A DNA stretch of 46,753 nucleotides from Candidatus Latescibacterota bacterium. Lineage in GTDB: Bacteria > JAAXHH01. The DNA lies in the NCBI GenBank assembly GCA_022821935.1, contig JAJECR010000192.1, positions 1 through 46,753 of the forward strand. Direction: 5' to 3'. A model generated the notes under the pieces. The model searched no databases and was not told the DNA's origin. It saw only the letters and a list, made by a program, of their open reading frames with translations. Positions 15,298 through 22,370 of this stretch are shown one piece after another. The position numbers were made by a program, and so were the translations under genes. Each line of letters starts with the position of its first letter. Positions within the stretch are counted from its first letter, which is position 1.

Positions 15298-16059
15298 ATG
15301 TCACGAAAGCGCGTATTCATTGGAGACCTGACACGCAAGGAGTTCCGCGAAGGGATCGATAGCGGCACGATAAAAGCAGCCATCGTGCCCACGGCGGCGA
15401 CGGAACAGCATCTCGAACACCTGGAGATGATCCACGACACGGCCAGCGTCGCTTACATGGCCGAACACGCGGCGCTTGAGTTATACCCTAAGGTCGCCGT
15501 AGCCTCTCCCATCGCCATCGGGGTATCGGAACACTGGATGGAACACCGGGGCACGTTGACGGTCCGCCCGGAGATCTTCACCGAATACGTCTACGACGTG
15601 TGCGATGCCCTGAAACGGGGCGGTATAACCAATATCCTCATCCTGAACGGACACGGCGGCAACGTCGTCCCGATGATGAACCGGATAGAGGACTTCCGGC
15701 GGCGGCTCGGCGTCAACGTGCGCTTTAATTCCTACTGGGACACCTACCCCACGGATGTCGTGTACCAGTACATGGAACGCGAAGCGCTCCCCGGGCACGC
15801 TGACGAATATGAGACTTCCATGGCCATGGCCCTCTTCCCGCACCGGGTCCACCCGGACGACATGGAAATGGAAAGCACGGCCCGATTCGGAACGAAGGAG
15901 AAAGGAGAAGCGCTCGCACCGGTGGCGGTGAAGGGCGTGGCAGAACTACTGCGCCGGATGATCGAAGGTGAGGAAATCGACCTGGAACCCCGCACGTTCC
16001 GAGCGGCCGGAGCCCAGTCGATGATCCGGGATCATCTCATCGAGGCGAGATCTGCGTAA
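15298..16059 (+). CDS. Creatininase-family metal-dependent amidohydrolase (creatinine amidohydrolase / MftE / ArfB family)
   Basis: 'PTAATEQHLEHL', 'ILILNGHGGN' and 'GHADEYETSMA'. AAGGAGGAG sits upstream of the ATG. Confidence 0.85.
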   Translation: MSRKRVFIGDLTRKEFREGIDSGTIKAAIVPTAATEQHLEHLEMIHDTASVAYMAEHAALELYPKVAVASPIAIGVSEHWMEHRGTLTVRPEIFTEYVYDVCDALKRGGITNILILNGHGGNVVPMMNRIEDFRRRLGVNVRFNSYWDTYPTDVVYQYMEREALPGHADEYETSMAMALFPHRVHPDDMEMESTARFGTKEKGEALAPVAVKGVAELLRRMIEGEEIDLEPRTFRAAGAQSMIRDHLIEARSA

Positions 16060-16164
16060 TTCAACGGTTGATCGGAGAAGACCGGGGCAACGGCGTCTCT
16101 ACGTGTAGCAGCGTTTCATAGTATTCTGTGTGTAAGCAGCGCACAGAGCGTATAAGGAGGAAGG

Positions 16165-16869
16165 ATGACACGCCACAAACCCCGTTCGTACGGTATGAGT
16201 TACTCAACAACTTCCGTTCCGGTATCGGTTTCAGCCTTGTTCTTCATTTCGGCTATGGTCTTATTTTGTGTCTCGGTCACGCTCACCGGGTGTTCTGAAT
16301 CGTCGCCGACGGGGCCGGAAATGGAGGAGCAAGGCGAACACGGCGGCGAAGGCAGCGAAGGCGGCGGCGAGCATGGTGGAAGCGGCGAAGGTGGTGAGGG
16401 TGGCGGCGAAGGCGGCGAGGAATCCGGAACGGAGCTGACAAAAGACCAGGCCTATGATACTGTGCGTAAAGGCGCCCGGCTCGTGCTGCGTTACGATTCA
16501 ACCGCCGACGCGTTCGTCGGGACGGTGTCGAATACTACCGATTCGACCCTGACCCGGGTCAGAGTCGAAGTGCACCTGTCCAACGGAACGGAACTGGGTC
16601 CCACGACGCCGGTTGATCTCGCGCCGGGCGCGTCGGTGCCCGTCAACCTCTCCGCCATGGGAGAACAGTTCACCGGCTGGTCGCCCCACGCCGAGGTGGG
16701 TCCCTCCAGCGGGAGCGGAGGCGAACACGGCGGCGAAGGAGAGGGCAGTGGAAGCGGTGAAGGCAGCGAGGGCGGTGGCGGAGAACACGGTGGAAGTGGA
16801 GGTGAATCCGGTGAGGGCGGTGGAGGAGAACACGGTGGAAGTGGCGAATCCGGAAACGATGGGAGTTGA
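16165..16869 (+). CDS. Lipoprotein of unknown function, paralog 1: conserved ~90-aa core flanked by Gly/Glu/His (GGEHGG) repeat arms
   Basis: The context GGAGGAAGGATG contains the SD and start. The signal peptide ends in the lipobox VTLTGC. It has five EHGG units. The core is about 70% identical to the next gene, and the differences there are mainly synonymous in this frame. Confidence 0.75.
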   Translation: MTRHKPRSYGMSYSTTSVPVSVSALFFISAMVLFCVSVTLTGCSESSPTGPEMEEQGEHGGEGSEGGGEHGGSGEGGEGGGEGGEESGTELTKDQAYDTVRKGARLVLRYDSTADAFVGTVSNTTDSTLTRVRVEVHLSNGTELGPTTPVDLAPGASVPVNLSAMGEQFTGWSPHAEVGPSSGSGGEHGGEGEGSGSGEGSEGGGGEHGGSGGESGEGGGGEHGGSGESGNDGS

Positions 16870-16988
16870 CCGGGAAGGGCCAGGTCCAATGCGTTTCCAC
16901 TTGTGCGAATTACATCACCGCGTATGCTTAGTATATCACCGGGTAAGCACAGGATTGTATAGTTTTAGGTAACAATATGGGAGGAAGT

Positions 16989-17693
16989 ATGGTTGGCCAC
17001 AAAGCACGTTCATGCGGAACGAGTCCCCAAACTATGGGGTCCTCCTCGACACCGGTTTCGTCTGCGCTTAACTTTCTGGTCGTGCTCTTCGCCGGGGTTT
17101 CAGTTGCGCTGTTCGCGTGTTCGGGTGACGCAGGAGAAAACCGGTCCACGTCCGATGCGGAACGGATGGAAGCGGTAGAGGCCGGGCAGGACGGCGAAGC
17201 GACGGCGTCCGGCGCGGGGGAGAGTTCGTCCGGAAGGGAGTCGGGAGAGCACGGAGGAGAAGGTGTAGAAGGTGGAGAAGCCGGAAGTGACGAAGGCGAA
17301 GAATCCGGAGAATCCCTGACCCTGGACGAGACGTATGACTTCGTTCGTAAAGGCGCCCGGCTCGTCCTGCGTTACGACGCTGATTCCAATGCCTTCGTCG
17401 GATCGGTGGCGAACACCACCGATGTAATCCTGCGCAGGGTCCGGGTCGAAGTGCACCTGTCCAACGGCACGGAGTTGGGACCCACGACTCCGGTCGATCT
17501 CGCATCGGGTGAAATGGCCGACGTGAGCCTTTCCGCCACGGAAGAGCCGTTCACCGGATGGACACCCCATGCCGAGGTAGATACGGGGGACGGTGGCGGA
17601 GGCGAGCACGGTGAAGACGGCGAAGGCGGAGGCGAGCACGGTGGACGCGGAGAAGGTGGTGAGGGTGGAGGAGCACACGGCGGAAGCCGTTAA
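16989..17693 (+). CDS. Lipoprotein of unknown function, paralog 2 (same architecture as 16165-16869)
   Basis: The start was chosen at the ATG at 16989 (MVGHKARS aligns with MTRHKPRS of paralog 1), in the identical context GGAGGAAGTATG. Lipobox is VALFAC. It has four EHGG-like units. Confidence 0.75.
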   Translation: MVGHKARSCGTSPQTMGSSSTPVSSALNFLVVLFAGVSVALFACSGDAGENRSTSDAERMEAVEAGQDGEATASGAGESSSGRESGEHGGEGVEGGEAGSDEGEESGESLTLDETYDFVRKGARLVLRYDADSNAFVGSVANTTDVILRRVRVEVHLSNGTELGPTTPVDLASGEMADVSLSATEEPFTGWTPHAEVDTGDGGGGEHGEDGEGGGEHGGRGEGGEGGGAHGGSR

Positions 17694-17924
17694 GGGAGCG
17701 AAGGCGCTGAAACTGACGTAAGTGACGAAGAGGACGGAGAATACGCCGGAAGCGGCGAGGGTGGCGGGTACGTGTAAGGTGGAAGGTGGCGTAATGGGTG
17801 AGGGAGGCGTGCATGGCAGTGGAAAATAACGAAAAGTCCAGCTGTCGTTGCCGCGCTCGATAATTTTGCTTTGCGCATCAATACAGGAACCGTAAAGTAC
17901 CCACCCGAACAGGAGAAGAATAAA

Positions 17925-19019
17925 ATGCAACCAACAACGTCGTCCGCGGGCGTGAAGCAGGTCCCGCTCCTGACCACGGACCAGATCGCCCGGTTCAAAC
18001 GCGACGGCTTCCTCGTGCTGCCCGCCGTGCTCGATCCCGATCTGTGCCGTCAGGCCAGGGAAGCGCTGTGGTCCGCGGTGGGTACCCACCATCCCGGCAT
18101 GAAGCGCGGAGATCCCTCCACCTGGACGGGGTTCAACGATGAAGAAACCGGCCATCTGAACGCGAAGCGGCCCGAGATCGGCGGCGACCCCTATTTCTTC
18201 ACCGAAGGCCACCGCTTCTACGTCCGCAACGGTACCGAGCCGTTCATGCTCGATCTTGCCCCCAGGGCCCTGTGGCGGGTCGCCGAGCAATTGCTTGGCA
18301 AGGGCACGGTGGTCTGGCCCGCCGGCGCCGATGACTCCGGTATGACGACCGGGCCGTGCTTCATGGCCGATGACGTGGTGGGTGGGCTGGCCACCCACGG
18401 GATCAAAGAAACCGCGCAATGGCCGGAGAAGGGATCCTTCTCCACGGAAGAGGCACTGCGCCTGCCGAGGACGGGTCCGGTGTGGTCGACCGGGCAAGGG
18501 ACGCGCGGCCTGTACTGCACCCTGCCCGGCAGCCCTGCGCCCGGTTCCGAATACCGCGGCGCCCATACGGACGGCGCCTGCTACGGACGCGTCCGGTTTC
18601 AGGTAACCGCTTATGTCGACGACCTGCCTCCCGGTTCCGGAGGCTTTACGGTATGGCCGGGCAGCCACCGCCGGATCTGGCGCGCGCAGTGGCGGGACTT
18701 CCTCGAAGGCGAAAAGCACTCGGACGACCAACTGACCGGACGCAGGCCCGGCTACGACGATCCCGTCATCCAGCGCATCAAGCAAGATACCCGGCCCGTC
18801 GATTGCCACGGTCCCGCGGGCACGGCGGTCCTTTGGCACACCAAGATCCTGCACATCGCCGGGCAGAACACGTCGGCCGACATCATCCGCCAGGCGACCA
18901 TCTACGGATTCCTCAAAACGCCGGAGTCCCTTCCGGACCCGCTCGTAACGGACGAAACAAACATCGACATCTGGCGGGACTGGTCCGATGAAGTTCGGGC
19001 CATTGATGAGCGCCAATAG
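17925..19019 (+). CDS. Phytanoyl-CoA dioxygenase (PhyH)-family Fe(II)/2-oxoglutarate oxygenase
   Basis: N-terminal 'LTTDQIARFKRDGFLVLPAVL', an HxD triad in 'GAHTDG', 'FTVWPGSH', and a distal His in 'LWHTKILH'. The ATG at 17925 is preceded by GGAGAAG. Confidence 0.85.
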   Translation: MQPTTSSAGVKQVPLLTTDQIARFKRDGFLVLPAVLDPDLCRQAREALWSAVGTHHPGMKRGDPSTWTGFNDEETGHLNAKRPEIGGDPYFFTEGHRFYVRNGTEPFMLDLAPRALWRVAEQLLGKGTVVWPAGADDSGMTTGPCFMADDVVGGLATHGIKETAQWPEKGSFSTEEALRLPRTGPVWSTGQGTRGLYCTLPGSPAPGSEYRGAHTDGACYGRVRFQVTAYVDDLPPGSGGFTVWPGSHRRIWRAQWRDFLEGEKHSDDQLTGRRPGYDDPVIQRIKQDTRPVDCHGPAGTAVLWHTKILHIAGQNTSADIIRQATIYGFLKTPESLPDPLVTDETNIDIWRDWSDEVRAIDERQ

Positions 19020-19055
19020 ATCACCTTGAAAGACCGTAGAGATTAAGGAACGAGG

Positions 19056-19084
19056 TTGACCGTTTTTCCGGATCGTGTTATAAT
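19056..19084 (+). promoter_or_regulatory. Near-consensus sigma70 promoter for vapBC (TTGACC-17 nt-TATAAT)
   Basis: TTGACCgtttttccggatcgtgtTATAAT. The -10 element ends 42 nt upstream of the vapB ATG. Confidence 0.6.
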
Positions 19085-19126
19085 GGCGTTTAGTGATGTG
19101 TGAATAAATGTGTAGAGGATGACACA

Positions 19127-19327
19127 ATGGCAACGAACCTCTCGATTGATCCCGAATTGCTTGACAAAGCGCTTCAGGTCGGTGGCGAGAAAACCAAGAA
19201 AGCAACCGTCAACAGGGCTTTGAAGGAGTTTATCGCGCGTCGGGAGCAGGAGCGGCTACTCGTTCTGTTCGGCAAGATCGACTGGGATGAGGAGTACGAC
19301 TACAAGCGAGAACGGATGCGACGTTGA
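19127..19327 (+). CDS. vapB: Type II antitoxin, VapB family
   Basis: MATNLSIDPELLDKALQVGGEKTKKATVNRALKEFIARREQ...LFGKIDWDEEYDYKRER matches the VapB-antitoxin pattern. GAGGA lies 7 nt upstream. It overlaps the PIN gene by 4 nt. Confidence 0.85.
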   Translation: MATNLSIDPELLDKALQVGGEKTKKATVNRALKEFIARREQERLLVLFGKIDWDEEYDYKRERMRR

Positions 19328-19764
19328 CTCTGTTCGTGGATACAAGTGTCTGGTCGCTGGCGTTAAGGCGCAACCGGGATACTGAAGGGCCTGAAGTTAA
19401 TCGCCTGCGGGAAGCCCTTGGCAGTGGAGAGGCGATCTATACGACCGGGGTCGTCTTGCAGGAATTGCTTCAAGGCATCCGCAGCCCCACGCACAGAAAA
19501 AGGATCGTGGAACACTTCACCTCTCTTCCCATGCTCGTGCCCACGCGAAACGACCATATTGAAGCAGCAGACCTGTATAACGAATGCCGTCGCCGAGGTA
19601 TACAGGTCGGTACCATCGACGTGCTGCTCGCCCGGCTTTGCATTAGCCGCGATCTGGTCATGTTGTCGACCGACAGGGATTTTGGACATATCGCCGGGTG
19701 TACCTCGCTGCGACTGTGGGCGTCCTCCTCCGTGAACGACAAGTCCAAACATTTTCTTTCCTGA
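19324..19764 (+). CDS. vapC: Type II toxin VapC, PIN-domain ribonuclease
   Basis: 'LFVDTSVW' carries the first acidic PIN residue, and the ...D...TxD pattern appears near the C-terminus ('LSTDRDF'). TTG start overlaps the vapB stop (TTGA). Confidence 0.85.
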   Translation: MTLFVDTSVWSLALRRNRDTEGPEVNRLREALGSGEAIYTTGVVLQELLQGIRSPTHRKRIVEHFTSLPMLVPTRNDHIEAADLYNECRRRGIQVGTIDVLLARLCISRDLVMLSTDRDFGHIAGCTSLRLWASSSVNDKSKHFLS

Positions 19765-20095
19765 AACGACCGGGTTCATCTCACAGACTTAGTCGTTGGC
19801 CGCCTCGTTTGCCTCAGCAGGTGCTCGAACACTCTGGTGTAAGCGTGGTCAACAGTACCGTTGTCAACGGATTTGCTGAACAGTCTTATGGAATACGAAT
19901 CCTCTGGCAAATGTGCTGGTGGACGCAAGCCATCGGGCTTCGATTGTCTAACGGGTCGTCCGTGGATTTGATCTTGACAAGTAAGCGCAAAGCGGGCAAT
20001 GGTTGGGCTACCATTGTCTCACGCATAGAATTTGGCTGCTCACATCAAGCGCACTTACGTCCAAACGAACTGTAAGGCAAGCGACCGGAGGCAAA

Positions 20096-20998
20096 ATGTC
20101 ATCCGAAAACACTTCCATTGCCGCCGACGAGAAGAATGTCGCGTCCACCTCCACCACCCAACCCGTCCCTATGACCGATGAGCAGAAGTTCTTCTTCGAT
20201 TTGAAAGGCTGGATCCTCGTGCCGTCCGTGCTGTCGGAGACGGAGATCGAAGATATGAAGGCTGAGGTGTACGCCGCGGTGGCACCGGACTACAAGGGCA
20301 AGAACAGCGACATCAGACAGGGTTACAAGGGGAAGCTGGCCAACCTGCTCGATCACCCGGCCGTGGTGGGCATCCTGAACGAGATCCTGACCGAGCCCCC
20401 GTTCGTGGGAGACGACTACTATGGCTTCCGCTGCGAGAACTCCTTCCTCATGGTACGTGAACCTGGTTGGAAATCCACCGTGCAGGGTACGGGACTGCCC
20501 CACGTCGTCCGTCCGCCTCAACAGGCGAACGCCATGCGCTACCAGGTGCAGGGGGGCAAGATCTTCGCGGGGCTGACCCGCGTCGTCTGGGAGCTGGAGG
20601 AGGTCCGGGCGGGATACGGAGGCACCTCCTTCCTGAGCGGTTCGCACAAGGCCCATTTCAACTACGGCGGTCCGGACCGGTATCGTCCCAACATCAGCGA
20701 ATCTCCTTGGGAGGAAAGCCTTTACGCCGCTTTAGAGGACTACAGTTGCCCGCCGGGGTCCATGCTGGTCTTCACCGAAAGCCTCATCCACGCGGCGAAC
20801 GACTGGACCAATCCGGACAACCGCCGCTGTGCGGTGTTCAATTGCTACAATTCGATCTGGGCGCAGTGGCACCGGCTGAACCTCGATCACGAGATCATCG
20901 AGAAGATGCCGCCGAAACGGCAGTCTCTTTTCAGGGGCGCGTGGCAGTTGGGCGGCGATGGGAACCAAACGTACACGCTGGACAACCGGTCGGTGTAA
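20096..20998 (+). CDS. PhyH-like / 2OG-Fe(II) oxygenase-superfamily protein
   Basis: 'MTDEQKFFFDLKGWILVPSVLSETEIEDM' is a PhyH-type N-terminus. 'GGTSFLSGSHKAHF' and 'VFTESLIHAA' are also present. The metal triad is less clear than in the other two paralogs. The ATG at 20096 follows GGAGG. Confidence 0.65.
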   Translation: MSSENTSIAADEKNVASTSTTQPVPMTDEQKFFFDLKGWILVPSVLSETEIEDMKAEVYAAVAPDYKGKNSDIRQGYKGKLANLLDHPAVVGILNEILTEPPFVGDDYYGFRCENSFLMVREPGWKSTVQGTGLPHVVRPPQQANAMRYQVQGGKIFAGLTRVVWELEEVRAGYGGTSFLSGSHKAHFNYGGPDRYRPNISESPWEESLYAALEDYSCPPGSMLVFTESLIHAANDWTNPDNRRCAVFNCYNSIWAQWHRLNLDHEIIEKMPPKRQSLFRGAWQLGGDGNQTYTLDNRSV

Positions 20999-21071
20999 AC
21001 CGGCTCGACTGCTTGCGGCAGATGCTGGTGCGCATAGCCATGTCGCCAGTCGGTAACTTAAGGACGTTCAG

Positions 21072-22367
21072 ATGACCGAAATCCCTGGAGGACTGGATTC
21101 TGTCTCCCCGCAGCCTGCGCCCGTCCCGGCAAGTTCCGTCCTCAAGATCACAGCGGTGGAGACGCTCATTCCCGACGACGTCATGCCCGGATTGATCCTG
21201 CTGCGGATCCACACCGACGCGGGCACTATCGGCCATGGCGAGACCTATTACGTCCCCCAAGCGGTGGCCGCCGTGATCCATGACTGGCTGGCCCGCAGGC
21301 TGCTGGGCAGCGATCCCTGTTCCATCGAGCACCACTGGCGGTTCTTCTACGAGCGGTTCAGCGCATTCGGATCGCGGGGCGCCGAAATGCGGGCGCTCAG
21401 CGCAGTCGACCTGGCCCTATGGGACATCCTGGGCCAGTCGAGCGGACTTTCCGTCTGGCAACTCCTGGGCGGCAAGGCCCGTGATTCCGTACGGGTCTAC
21501 AACAGTTGCGGCGGTCCGACCTACGGCCGGCGACCACCGGGGGAGCACTCCGAACAGGGCTGGCCGGGACACGGCGACATCGGCAAACCGGGGCCGCTGG
21601 AAGACAACTGGGCGGCCCATCACGCTGCGGGCGACTTGGCGGAGGAACTGGTGGCAGAAGGGTACACGGGCATGAAGTTCTGGACTTTCGATCGGGCCTA
21701 CCGCGCCCACGGAGGCAGCTATCTACCTATGTCCACGGTCAGGGAATGCGTTAAACCGATGGAAGAAGTACGCAAACGGGTGGGCGACCGTATCGAGATC
21801 CTCTTGGACGGCCACGGGTTCTTCCAGCTTCCCGCCGCCCTGCGCATCGCCGAGGCCGTGCGCGACCTGAACCTGATGTGGCTCGAGGACGTCATGCGCC
21901 TAGACAATGTCGACACGCTCAGGGACTTCCGTGACAAGGCGGGAGTTCCGCTCGCCGTGAGCGAGATGTTCATCAGCCGGGAAGACTACCGGCACGTGCT
22001 GGAGAGAAACGCCGCGGACTACCTCATGGTCGATCCAACCTGGGTGGGCGGAATCAGCGAGACCCGGCGGCTGGCCGAGTTGGCTCAGGGTTACAACATA
22101 CCGGCGGCCATGCACGACTGTACGGGACCGCTTACCCTCTTCGCGGGCATCCACGTAGCCACGGCCGTACCCAACGTCGTCATCCAGGAGTCCGTCCGCG
22201 CCCACATCCGGACTTTCTACGACCTGCTCATCGAACCCAATATCGTCATCGACAATGGGTTCGCCCAGCCGCCGGAGGGACCGGGCCTGGGCACCCGCCT
22301 GCGGCCGGAGCTCTTCGACCCGGGGCACCCGGGTTACCGGATTACGCGGCTCCAGCCCGGGGAGTAG
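21072..22367 (+). CDS. Enolase-superfamily enzyme, mandelate racemase/muconate lactonizing family (acid-sugar dehydratase-like)
   Basis: 'KITAVETL...LLRIHTDAGTIGHGETY', 'SAVDLALWDILGQ..G..VWQLLGG', 'ILLDGHG', 'LMWLEDV', 'LAVSEMF' and 'MHDCTGP'. Confidence 0.9.
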   Translation: MTEIPGGLDSVSPQPAPVPASSVLKITAVETLIPDDVMPGLILLRIHTDAGTIGHGETYYVPQAVAAVIHDWLARRLLGSDPCSIEHHWRFFYERFSAFGSRGAEMRALSAVDLALWDILGQSSGLSVWQLLGGKARDSVRVYNSCGGPTYGRRPPGEHSEQGWPGHGDIGKPGPLEDNWAAHHAAGDLAEELVAEGYTGMKFWTFDRAYRAHGGSYLPMSTVRECVKPMEEVRKRVGDRIEILLDGHGFFQLPAALRIAEAVRDLNLMWLEDVMRLDNVDTLRDFRDKAGVPLAVSEMFISREDYRHVLERNAADYLMVDPTWVGGISETRRLAELAQGYNIPAAMHDCTGPLTLFAGIHVATAVPNVVIQESVRAHIRTFYDLLIEPNIVIDNGFAQPPEGPGLGTRLRPELFDPGHPGYRITRLQPGE

Positions 22368-22370
22368 CCC

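Noticed and set aside
16491-16889. Pro/Ser-rich 132-aa minus-strand ORF (..PPCSPPPPSPDSPPLPP..) opposite lipoprotein paralog 1
   Set aside because: It is the complement of the GGn/GAr repeat arms. The + frame is supported by SD plus ATG, a lipobox signal peptide and eight synonymous-only differences between the paralogs in the core.
17100-19205. 701-aa minus-strand ORF across lipoprotein paralog 2, the PhyH gene and vapB
   Set aside because: It runs antisense to genes with clear motifs, SD sequences and synonymous-only divergence in the + frame. It also crosses intergenic regions and a promoter. It has no motifs of its own.
19698-20075. 125-aa plus-strand ORF bridging the vapC 3' end and the next gene's upstream region
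   Set aside because: It overlaps vapC in another frame, has no SD or motifs, and ends 21 nt before the well-supported ATG at 20096.
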